From Chloroflexota bacterium (lineage in GTDB: Bacteria; Chloroflexota; UBA11872), in NCBI GenBank assembly GCA_965220075.1, contig OZ244806.1:268647-332646 (forward strand): a DNA stretch of 64,000 nucleotides. Direction: 5' to 3'. Below are positions 9,383 through 17,692 of the stretch, in pieces. Numbering within the stretch: position 1 is the stretch's first letter; each line of letters starts with the position of its first letter. The notes under the pieces were generated by a model, which worked only from the letters and a program-made list of their open reading frames with translations, did no database searches and was not told where the DNA came from. A program made the translations under genes and the position numbers.

Positions 9383-11074
9383 ATGGAGGAATCCGCGCGC
9401 TCGCAAACGCGCATATCCAAGACCGAGGCCGTGGCGCGGCGCGGCATGGTCGCCAGCAAGCATCCCGAGGCCAGCCGCGCCGGCGTGGAGATGCTGCAAG
9501 CCGGCGGAAACGCGGTCGACGCCGCGGTTGCGGCGGCTCTCGCGGTGGGCGTGGTCGAGCCGTGGTCGAGCGGGATAGGCGGCGGCGGGTACGCCCTGGT
9601 CGCACGCGGCGCGGACGTGCAGGTAGTCGCCTTCCCCATGCAGGCGGCTGAATCCGCCACGCCCGACCGCTACCCGCTCGACGGGCGGCGCGCCGTGGGC
9701 GGTTTTCTGTGGGACGGCGTGGTCGACGACCGCAACTACCACGGCTATGACTCGATGGCCATTCCGGGCGCGGTGGCCGGTCTGGCGCTCCTGCTCGCCG
9801 AGCACGGCCGACTGCCCTGGAAAGAGGTCTTGCGGCCCGCCATCGACCTCGCCCGCTACGGCCACGATCTCACCTGGCACGACAGCTACGCGATGGGGCA
9901 GAACGCCGCGGCCGCGCGGCGTTCCGCCGCGCTTGCACGCATTTTCTACCCCGCGGGCGCCCCGCCCGCGTCCGAGCATTTCCAGCCGCCCCGCTTGCGG
10001 CAGCCCGACCTCGCCGACAGCCTCGATCTGCTGGCGCGTGAGGGCCCCGACGCCTTCTACCGCGGCGACATCGCAAGGCAGGTGGCCAAGGACAGCGAGG
10101 CCAATGGGGGCCCGCTGCGGTATGCGGACCTGGCGCAGTACCGCGCCCGCATCGCGCCGCCCGTCGCCGCGAGCTATCGCGGGCGCACGGTCTGCGCGCC
10201 CGGCGCCGGATGCGCCGGACCTACCACCGTGGAGACGCTCAACATCTTCAGCCGCGTCGACGCCGCCCGGCGCGGGCACGCTTCGCCCGAGCGATTGCAC
10301 GCTTTCATGTGGGCCTCGCGTCTGGCGCAGGCCGACCGTTTCGCCTACATGGCGGACCCGCGGCGCGCGCCGGCGCCCTGGTCCGCTCTGGTTTCACCCG
10401 ACTACGCCGCCGACCGCTGCGCCCAAATCGATCCGACTCGCGCGCCCGCAGACCTGCCGGCCGGCGACGCCTGGGCCTACGAGCGGCCGGACCGCGCAAT
10501 GGAGCGCGCGAAGAGCGCGTCGTCCACCACCCACCTGTGCGCGGCCGACGCCGACGGCACGCTGGTATCCCTCACCAACACTCTGGGCGGCGCGTGGGGC
10601 TCCGAGGTCGTACCGCGCGCTACCGGGATCGTCTGGAACGACGGGATGTATTGGTTCGATCCGGTGCCGGGCCGCCCCAACTCCGTGGCCCCGCGCGCCT
10701 TTGGACTGAACAACATGACGCCCGCCATCGTTCTGCAAGACGGTCGACCGTTTCTGGCGGTGGGCGCCTCGGGAGGCCGCCGCATCACGAACTGCGTGTG
10801 CCAGCTGGTCAGCCACGTGGTCGATCACGGCATGGGCGTGCAGGCGGCGATCGAAGCGCCGCGCGTGGACGCCAGCACGCCCTGGGTGACGGTTGACGGG
10901 CGCTTCGGCGAGAGCGTGCTGAGCGAGCTGCGGAATCGGGGCTGGGACGTGCGCGTGCCGCCCGCTCCCGGCAACTCGGCCTTCGCCAGCCCCACCGCGA
11001 TTCTGCTCGGCGGCGACGGGCTATTGCACGGCGGCGTGGACGTGTTCCACTCGGCGGCGGCGCAGGGATGCTAG
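9383..11074 (+). CDS. ggt: Gamma-glutamyltranspeptidase
   Basis: MVASKHPEASRAGVEMLQAGGNAVDAAVA, SGIGGGGY, and autoprocessing site STTHLCAAD. Start ATG 9383 lies just after the prs stop. Confidence 0.9.
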   Translation: MEESARSQTRISKTEAVARRGMVASKHPEASRAGVEMLQAGGNAVDAAVAAALAVGVVEPWSSGIGGGGYALVARGADVQVVAFPMQAAESATPDRYPLDGRRAVGGFLWDGVVDDRNYHGYDSMAIPGAVAGLALLLAEHGRLPWKEVLRPAIDLARYGHDLTWHDSYAMGQNAAAARRSAALARIFYPAGAPPASEHFQPPRLRQPDLADSLDLLAREGPDAFYRGDIARQVAKDSEANGGPLRYADLAQYRARIAPPVAASYRGRTVCAPGAGCAGPTTVETLNIFSRVDAARRGHASPERLHAFMWASRLAQADRFAYMADPRRAPAPWSALVSPDYAADRCAQIDPTRAPADLPAGDAWAYERPDRAMERAKSASSTTHLCAADADGTLVSLTNTLGGAWGSEVVPRATGIVWNDGMYWFDPVPGRPNSVAPRAFGLNNMTPAIVLQDGRPFLAVGASGGRRITNCVCQLVSHVVDHGMGVQAAIEAPRVDASTPWVTVDGRFGESVLSELRNRGWDVRVPPAPGNSAFASPTAILLGGDGLLHGGVDVFHSAAAQGC

Positions 11075-11328
11075 CTCCCCGCCGCGAGCGTTCCATCGAG
11101 CGGGTACTCAGGGACGTGGAGCGCCGTATGGCGCCCGACGGCGGCGGCTTGCGCTTCCATGGGGTGTCGCCGGACGGCTACGTGCGCATTGAGCTGACCG
11201 GCGCCTGCGCGGCCTGTCCCCGCAGCATGATGACGCTCGACCTTGCGATCGAGACGCCCTTGCGCGGACTGGAACCAGGGCTGCGCGGCGTGGAGCTGGT
11301 GCACCGCGCTGAGCGCGGAATCGGGTGA
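11068..11328 (+). CDS. NifU-like (Nfu C-terminal domain) protein
   Basis: DGGGLRFHGVSPDGYVRIELTGACAACPRS with a CxxC motif. Overlaps the ggt stop by 7 nt. Confidence 0.7.
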   Translation: MLAPRRERSIERVLRDVERRMAPDGGGLRFHGVSPDGYVRIELTGACAACPRSMMTLDLAIETPLRGLEPGLRGVELVHRAERGIG

Positions 11329-11429
11329 GGCCGCGGACTCGCTGTGTTCGGTTCCTTCCTGACGCCGCCGCGCCGCGCTAATAACCTGGGCCCGAGCCGG
11401 AGTCTTACCGCATCTGTAGGCGCAACCAG

Positions 11430-12815
11430 GTGGCACTGACGCGCAGGACCTCCCGCCGGGCGCTTCTGCGAGGCGCGGGAGCAATCGCCCTCGGCGGTGC
11501 CGCGGCGGCGCTGGCCGCCTGCGGGGACACGCCGCCAGCCGCATCGGAGTCCTTGCTCACCGCAACCGGAACGCCCCTTGCGCAGAGCGCTACCGCCGCC
11601 CCCGACGCCGAGCCCGGTTCGGAAGTGCGCGCGCGGGAGCCGTTCCGGCTCGTGCAGCCGCCCTCCACCACTATCGCGGGCGCGGCCACCACTATCGCCT
11701 TGCCGCCGGAGCTGGTCCGCGAGCGCGACGGGCGGCTGGTCAACGTGTCCGGGCACGAGTTCGGCGTCGTAGAGCTGTGGAAGTCGCAGGGCTGGACCAC
11801 GAACTTCGCGCTCTCCCTGGTGCCTTACGAAGACATCCTCTCCGGGGGCGTGGTGCGCGACGGGATCCCGCCGATCGACGAACCCAAGTTCGTGGCGCCC
11901 GCCGACGCCGACGCGTGGCTGGCCGGCCGCGAGCCCGTGATTGCGCTGAGCCTTGCAGGTGAGCGGCGCGCCTACCCGCTGCAAATCTTGACCCGGCATG
12001 AGATCGTCAACGACGTGGTCGGGGGCCGGCCGGTGGCGGTCACGTTCTGTCCGCTCTGCAACTCCTCGGTCGTCTTCGATAGAGAGGTGTTCGGCGCCAT
12101 CCTGCGCTTTGGCGTCTCGGGCAATCTGCACAACAGCGATCTCATAATGTGGGACAACCTCACCGAAAGCTGGTGGCAGCAGCTCACCGGGGAGGGAATC
12201 GTAGGCGAGCTCGCGGGCGTGCGGCTGCAAGCGCTCCCATCGCAGCTCATTGCTTACGACGAGTTCAAAGCCGCTTTCCCACAGGGCCTGGTGCTCAGCC
12301 GGGACACGGGCTTCGCGCGCCGCTACGGCCTGAATCCCTACGCCGGCTACGACACCATCGATCAGACGCCGTTCCTGTTTCGCGGTGAACCGGACGGCCG
12401 GCTGCGGGCCACCGCGCGCGTGCTTGCGCTCAGCGTGGAGGGCCTGGACGTGGCCTATCCCTTCGAGCGCCTCGCAAGCGAGACGGTCGTAAACGACGTC
12501 ATCGCGGGCGTGCCGGTGGTCGCGCTTTGGACCCCCGAGACCGCCTCGGCGCTGGGCCACCCGGTGATCGCACAGGCGCGATCGGTCGGTTCGGCGGTGG
12601 CCTTCGGCCGCAGCCTGGACGGTCGCGAGCTGACCTTCGAGCCGGCCGACGGCGGGTTTCGCGACCGCCAGACCGGCTCGACCTGGAACGTGGCCGGACA
12701 GGCGATCGCGGGCGAGTTGCGGGGCCGCCAGCTTCCGCCGATCGTGCACGCGAATCACTTCTGGTTCGCCTGGGCGGCATTCAAGCCGGGCACCGAGATC
12801 CGCGCCGCGCCATAG
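11430..12815 (+). CDS. Secreted DUF3179-like protein with Tat/lipoprotein signal
   Basis: RRALLRGAGAIALGGAAAALAAC signal. DGIPPIDEPKF, FCPLCNS and NLHNSDLIMWD are typical of DUF3179. GTG start. Confidence 0.75.
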   Translation: MALTRRTSRRALLRGAGAIALGGAAAALAACGDTPPAASESLLTATGTPLAQSATAAPDAEPGSEVRAREPFRLVQPPSTTIAGAATTIALPPELVRERDGRLVNVSGHEFGVVELWKSQGWTTNFALSLVPYEDILSGGVVRDGIPPIDEPKFVAPADADAWLAGREPVIALSLAGERRAYPLQILTRHEIVNDVVGGRPVAVTFCPLCNSSVVFDREVFGAILRFGVSGNLHNSDLIMWDNLTESWWQQLTGEGIVGELAGVRLQALPSQLIAYDEFKAAFPQGLVLSRDTGFARRYGLNPYAGYDTIDQTPFLFRGEPDGRLRATARVLALSVEGLDVAYPFERLASETVVNDVIAGVPVVALWTPETASALGHPVIAQARSVGSAVAFGRSLDGRELTFEPADGGFRDRQTGSTWNVAGQAIAGELRGRQLPPIVHANHFWFAWAAFKPGTEIRAAP

Positions 12816-12933
12816 GCCGACCGGTCGACAGGCGAAACCGTTAGCGCGGCGGTCCCGCTGCACGCGGCGGCCGTTCTAAAGGCCACGGGCCGACCGCGCA
12901 GCACCGGGGGCCTGACGAGCGAGTAGAATTAGG

Positions 12934-13008
<75 letters not shown>

Positions 13009-13243
13009 AACCGGCCCCTCGCCTCTCCCTATCCGGTTGGGGGCGTCGAATCCAACCCCGTCCGCCAGCGCGGCTTTTTGTGTTGGTGGGGGCGACCCTA
13101 ATGGGATTCGACCGGTAGCTCGGCATCATCCGGGACACTGGTTCAGCCCTGCCAGTCGGTGAACTCGTGGCGTCCCAGCGACTCTTGGATCGCTTCCACG
13201 AGACCGAGCCCCGGCTGGTCTGGCTGGGTGGTTCGCAGCACTG

Positions 13244-13429
13244 ATGGGGTGTCGTGCCCGTGAGCACTGGGCCATTAGGTTGTCGCCTGCCCTGAGCGAG
13301 GCGCCGGCGCCTCGGTACCGGGTCGTCCCCAATCGCAGCGGGCTCGCCCCCGGCGTCGATCCACTCAAGCTGAGTCAGCTCAACGACCAGCTCGAGGTCG
13401 AGGACTTCGCCGGGCTGAGCGCGGGGTGA
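13244..13429 (+). CDS. Putative VapB-like antitoxin (61 aa, N-terminus uncertain)
   Basis: Its stop overlaps the GTG start of the PIN gene (GTGA at 13426-13429). The acidic C-terminus (LSQLNDQLEVEDFAG) is antitoxin-like. No recognisable RHH/AbrB N-terminal motif was seen. Confidence 0.35.
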   Translation: MGCRAREHWAIRLSPALSEAPAPRYRVVPNRSGLAPGVDPLKLSQLNDQLEVEDFAGLSAG

Positions 13430-13851
13430 TAGTCCCCGACATCAACCTGCTGGTCTATGCCCACAACGATGGGGCGCCCCTTCACAAGTCCGCCAGGGGC
13501 TGGTGGGAAGACCTGGTCAACGGCTCCGAGAGAGTGGGCGTCCCGTGGGTCGTATCGATCGGCTTCGTGAGGCTGATGACTCATCCCAGAGCGCTCGTAC
13601 ATCCGGCTACGCCTGGGCGGGCGCTTGATTACGTGCGCGAATGGTTCCGGTTCCCCCACGTAACGCCGCTCAACCCCGGCGCCGACCACCTGACACGCTT
13701 GCGACGGAATCTGCTGGCCGCCGGCGTGGGCGCGAATCTTACGACCGACTCGCACGTGGCCGCGCTGGCGATGGAGTACCAGGCGGAGGTCCACTCCAAT
13801 GACACCGACTTCAGCCGCTTCCCCGGCCTGCGCTGGCGCAACCCCCTCTGA
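13426..13851 (+). CDS. vapC: PIN-domain toxin VapC
   Basis: MIVPDINLLVYAHN..., DSHVAALAMEYQAEVHSNDTDFSRFPGLRWRNPL is the typical VapC layout with conserved acidic residues. Confidence 0.85.
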   Translation: MIVPDINLLVYAHNDGAPLHKSARGWWEDLVNGSERVGVPWVVSIGFVRLMTHPRALVHPATPGRALDYVREWFRFPHVTPLNPGADHLTRLRRNLLAAGVGANLTTDSHVAALAMEYQAEVHSNDTDFSRFPGLRWRNPL

Positions 13852-13864
13852 TCGGGGATGGGTG

Positions 13865-14986
13865 TCACCCGATAGCCCAGCGCTGCACGGCGGCTGTGTT
13901 CACGGTCCAGCCGAAGCCCGGCCGGTCGGGGACCTCTACTCCGCCGCGCTCGGCCTCGGGCTCGCCCTCCAGCACCTGCCAGATCAGCGCGCCGCCGGGC
14001 GGTCGCTCGACCTTTGGAAAGTACTCCCCGATCGGGCAGCAGGCCCGCGCCGCGATCAAGTGCCAGGTGTGCAGCCAGCCCTGGTGCGGGCACACGGGAC
14101 GGTTGTGGCTGGCCGCCAGACCGCAGATTCGCAGAGTCTCGGTAAGCCCGCCCACCCGGTTGACGTCGGGCTGAAGATAGAACACGCCCGCCTCGATGAG
14201 ACGGACGAAGGGGAAGCGCGTGCGCTCCGACTCGCCCGCCGCCAGCGGCGCGCCGCCCAGCGCGGCCAGTCGCTCGTAGCCGGCCAGGTCGTCCAGCGGC
14301 AGCGGATTCTCCAGCCAGCCGATATCGAACTCGGCCAGACCCTCCTGCATGCGCTGCGCGAAGGGCAGGTCCCACTTGAAATGGGCGTCGGCAAAAAGGC
14401 GCAGGTCGGGGCCGATCGCGTCCCGCACCGCCCGCACGGCCCGCAGCTCCTGGCGCGCTCCCGCGGCACCGTCGGAGGCGCCGGCCGTGAAGAAGTACTT
14501 GACCGCCGGGAAGCCCCTCTCCTTCAGCCGCGCCGCCTCCGCCGCCAGCGCGTCCAGGTCGTTGCGATAGCGCAACTGGCTGGCATAGACCGGCACCCGC
14601 TGCCCGGCCTTGCCGCCCAGCAACTCGCAGACCGGGCGGCCAAGCGACTTGCCCAGCAGGTCCCACAGGGCGATGTCGACGCCGCTGAGCGCCATGACGC
14701 CGGTGCCGCGCTGACCGGACCTGGCGAGCGCGCCGTACAGGCGCTCCCAGTGCGCCTCGATGTGAGCGGGGTCCGCGCCCGCCAGCAGCGGCGCGAAGTG
14801 GCGGTTGACTATCTCCGCCGCGCCGGTGGCAAAGCCTCCCACGGTGCCGATGCCGGTGAGGCCGGCGTCCGTTTCCACCTCCACGATCGCCAGCGCCTCG
14901 GGCTCCGTTCGCGGCCCCCGGCTCACGTCAACCCGGTCGGCATCCGGATTGCGCAGCGCCGTCGCCCTCACCTCAGTTATGCGCAT
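13865..14986 (-). CDS. Enolase-superfamily enzyme (mandelate racemase/muconate lactonizing family, acid-sugar dehydratase-like)
   Basis: MRITEVRATAL..., GVDIALWDLLGK, LENPLPLDDLAGYERL. Confidence 0.85.
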   Translation of the reverse strand: MRITEVRATALRNPDADRVDVSRGPRTEPEALAIVEVETDAGLTGIGTVGGFATGAAEIVNRHFAPLLAGADPAHIEAHWERLYGALARSGQRGTGVMALSGVDIALWDLLGKSLGRPVCELLGGKAGQRVPVYASQLRYRNDLDALAAEAARLKERGFPAVKYFFTAGASDGAAGARQELRAVRAVRDAIGPDLRLFADAHFKWDLPFAQRMQEGLAEFDIGWLENPLPLDDLAGYERLAALGGAPLAAGESERTRFPFVRLIEAGVFYLQPDVNRVGGLTETLRICGLAASHNRPVCPHQGWLHTWHLIAARACCPIGEYFPKVERPPGGALIWQVLEGEPEAERGGVEVPDRPGFGWTVNTAAVQRWAIG

Positions 14987-15130
14987 GGTTCCAGGTGGAG
15001 CTCACCAACCGCTTTGTATGAGATCCGCTCGCTCGTCGGCGCCCGGCGGATCTCAAGCCTACTCGCGCGGCCGGTCGCAGCACTCCGCACCATCCATCAC
15101 CGCGCCCAAGGCGGATTCCAGAGCGGGCGG

Positions 15131-15613
15131 CTAGAGCGCCAGCGTCCAGTAACCGCCCGGACCGTTATAGACGAGGAGCATGCGTTCGAGCAGGTTCCGG
15201 CCCAGCAGCGCGATGAGTGGCTGACCAGTACCGGGTCCAACGCCTTGACCCGTGAGATCAACGCCGGCCACGCGCGTCAACTCGATTCTTATGCCTGCAT
15301 CCTGCAGTTCAAGCTGCGCAGGATAGACGTTGCGAATCGAAGGGCCTCCCGCGGTACCCGTGGTGACCTGGCCTATTGGATGAATGCCCAAGGCCTGGAG
15401 AACCGGCTCGTGCACACACGTGAGGGACGCGCCCGTATCAACTACTCCCCTACCGGTCTGAGGCGTCGGAAGTGGCTGACCCTGCTTGGCCAAAACATCG
15501 GCTGTGGCCCGCGGTACCTGCACCGCGACCTCAAAAAAGGGGCCGTGACGCCGCAGACCTTCGGGACTGGGCTGCCCATTGTCCTTGAGGAAGTAGCGGT
15601 TATGGACGGGCAC
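15131..15613 (-). CDS. Retropepsin-like (clan AA) aspartic protease
   Basis: GVVDTGASLTCV contains the D-T-G-A active-site motif. The C-terminal LLGRNLLE is a flap/dimer-like motif. 160 aa. Overlaps the upstream small gene by 14 nt. Confidence 0.7.
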   Translation of the reverse strand: MPVHNRYFLKDNGQPSPEGLRRHGPFFEVAVQVPRATADVLAKQGQPLPTPQTGRGVVDTGASLTCVHEPVLQALGIHPIGQVTTGTAGGPSIRNVYPAQLELQDAGIRIELTRVAGVDLTGQGVGPGTGQPLIALLGRNLLERMLLVYNGPGGYWTLAL

Positions 15614-15848
15614 TAACGATCCCCACGCTCAGCGCTGGGAATGCCGCCAGCTCGTCCTCCTCCGTCACCTCTTTGACCAAGAACGGCTCGTTACCGAGTT
15701 CCGCCACACCCGAGTTGAACGCCTCGGCAAAGGTCGTGAACGTACCAAGCAGACACTCGCCCTTCACCACAGCGAACTGGCCGCGGTAGTGCTCCAGGAG
15801 TTCTTCTCGGTGGGCCTCGAAATAGCGGATTTCCTCGTCAAGCGCCAT
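15600..15848 (-). CDS. Small DUF5678-like protein (82 aa)
   Basis: MALDEEIRYFEAHREELLEHYRGQFAVVKGECLLGTF... The start at ATG 15848 is preceded by GAGGTGGTGG. Translationally coupled to the protease. Confidence 0.55.
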   Translation of the reverse strand: MALDEEIRYFEAHREELLEHYRGQFAVVKGECLLGTFTTFAEAFNSGVAELGNEPFLVKEVTEEDELAAFPALSVGIVSARP

Positions 15849-16011
15849 CGGTCCACCACCTCTCATGTACCGCCGAACAAGAATTGGCTTGCCAACCGGT
15901 ACCCAGGAAACCAGAGAGTATGGTTCTGTACGGGCCAGTCAAGTGGCGCACCCAGGGAGGAGTGCGCTGAATCAGCTCCCCCCTCGTCAAGTCCGGCCCG
16001 CAACCCACCAG

Positions 16012-17313
16012 CTAGCCCAGCACCGCGAACTCGCGCGATTGCCGCCGGGGCCGCGCCACCGGACCGAACCGGTCGTAGAGCCAGTAGGCCAGCGCCTTGA
16101 CGGCGTGGTTGTCGCGGTCGATCGGCTCTTCCGAGATCGGCCGCCCCTCCACCTCGCCGTGATAGCGGTATAGCCCGAACTCGCGGATCAGCGCGCGGCA
16201 GCTTGGGTCTATCGTCAGGCGCGGCTGGCCGCTGGCGGGGTCGCGCAGAAAGGTGCGCAGCCGGTCGATCCCGTCCCGCACTCCCACCGGCCGCGACCGC
16301 AGCCGCAGCCCCGCGAGCGCCTGCCAGATCTCGACCTGGCTGGCCGAGGCGTGGTGCTGACGGCCGGCCACGTCGATCACGCCGCCGGTCACGCGCGGCC
16401 ACCACCAGCGGCGCCGGCACTCGGCGATCACGCTGGCCGCCACCGCGTGCCGCGCATACACCGCGTCCAGCACCAGCACGCGCCCCTCCACGGCGGCCAC
16501 GGCCAGCACCGCATAGGCGCCCGCGTAGCCCGGGTCCACCGCGACCTCGATCGCGCCTATACCCTCCGGCTCGATCGCGCGCACGTGCTCGCGCGCGTCG
16601 AACTCCGGGAACACCAGACCGCTGGGCGGACAGGGCGCGCCGCCCAGGCGTTCCTGAAACACCTCGGGCGGATAGGTGGCGGCCAGGGCCAGGATCTCGG
16701 GGTCCTCGCGTCCGCCCGGAAACAGCGCCAGGTTGGCCCAGGTAGGAATCGAGAAGGCCGCCGCCCCGTCCGTATTCGGCGCGCGCCAGGCGCGGAACTT
16801 CTCGGCGTACCAGCCAAGCGACCCCTCGAAAGTCCCGCTCAGCCACATCCAGCCGCGCCGCTCGGCCACGCGGCCGCGCACGCGCAGGAAGGTCTGGTAG
16901 CTCAGCTGCGCCGCCTCGCACACCAGGATGCCGTCGGGCGCCTCGCCCGCCAGCCGCTCGGGATCGCGGCCCGAGCGGGTCACGATGCGCGCGCCGGTGC
17001 GTAGGCGCAGGCGGCACTGATCGCTCACCGGGAAGCTCAGCGCCTCGATGGCGTCTATCGAGGCAAAGGCGTCGACCAGGTAGCCGAACTCGGGACGGCA
17101 GAGCTCGTAGTCAGGTCCGACCAGCCAGTACAGCCGGCCTTCCAGGAAGCGTCCGAACAGCTCCATGGCCGCGCTGCGGCTCTTGCCGGCCCGTTCCCCG
17201 CCGGCGATCAGCCGCACCCGCGCGTGCGAATCGTGCGCGGCGCGCTGCTCCGGCGACGGCTCGTAGGCGGCCCGCCGCCAGAGGGCCTCACGTACGATCC
17301 GCGATGGCCGCAC
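16012..17313 (-). CDS. Phage terminase large subunit (TerL)
   Basis: Walker A GGERAGKS, Walker B-like DGILVCEAAQ, and nuclease Asp motifs VAVDPGYAG and DRDNHAVKALAYW. GTG start. Confidence 0.8.
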   Translation of the reverse strand: MRPSRIVREALWRRAAYEPSPEQRAAHDSHARVRLIAGGERAGKSRSAAMELFGRFLEGRLYWLVGPDYELCRPEFGYLVDAFASIDAIEALSFPVSDQCRLRLRTGARIVTRSGRDPERLAGEAPDGILVCEAAQLSYQTFLRVRGRVAERRGWMWLSGTFEGSLGWYAEKFRAWRAPNTDGAAAFSIPTWANLALFPGGREDPEILALAATYPPEVFQERLGGAPCPPSGLVFPEFDAREHVRAIEPEGIGAIEVAVDPGYAGAYAVLAVAAVEGRVLVLDAVYARHAVAASVIAECRRRWWWPRVTGGVIDVAGRQHHASASQVEIWQALAGLRLRSRPVGVRDGIDRLRTFLRDPASGQPRLTIDPSCRALIREFGLYRYHGEVEGRPISEEPIDRDNHAVKALAYWLYDRFGPVARPRRQSREFAVLG

Positions 17314-17530
17314 GCAGCTCCTCGAGCACGAGCGCCAGTCTGTCGCCCGCGCCGTCGTCGCGCGACTGGTCGACCGCGTACTTCATGATGAGCTCGCAGG
17401 CCCAGCGCTCACCATTGGCGGCCGCGTCCACGATGGCGCCGCAGATCTCGTCGGACTGCGTTTCGGCCATCTGACGGAACCGGGCCGCCAGATCCACCGT
17501 GGCGCCCGAGCGACCGCTTGGCAGCTTCAC
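17288..17530 (-). CDS. Small phage protein, possibly terminase small-subunit-like HTH
   Basis: 80 aa. AIVDAAANGERWACELIMKYAV resembles the N-terminal helix pair of small terminases. Overlaps the TerL start by 26 nt. Confidence 0.4.
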   Translation of the reverse strand: MKLPSGRSGATVDLAARFRQMAETQSDEICGAIVDAAANGERWACELIMKYAVDQSRDDGAGDRLALVLEELRAAIADRT

Positions 17531-17692
17531 CGGCGCTCAGCGCGGCGCCCGGTCACGACGTTTTGCGCGGCCGGGTTGGAGGAAGCCGCTTGCGGCAGGC
17601 GCCCGCTCAGCCGCGCGGCCTGCAAGCGCGCGGCCAGGCGAGCGGCCGCCCGCGCTATCCGCGCTCCCAGGGCCGCGGCCGCCGTATCGCGC

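Noticed and set aside
13034-13066. Possible duplicated tRNA 3' end (att-like) after tRNA-fMet: GGTTGGGGGCGTCGAATCCAACCCCGTCCGCCA
   Set aside because: It shares only TCGAATCC.ACCCC with the tRNA T-arm. Its stem needs an 11-nt loop, so it is neither a canonical T-arm nor a direct repeat of the tRNA end.
13799-15616. 605-aa plus-strand ORF; also 11178-12863, 30404-31654, 57097-58254, 59042-60154 and 62730-63809
   Set aside because: All are antisense to confidently assigned genes (enolase-family, DUF3179, dnaA, isomerase, 2-hydroxyacid dehydrogenase, AKR). All show the Arg/Pro/Gly-rich composition of GC-rich non-coding frames.
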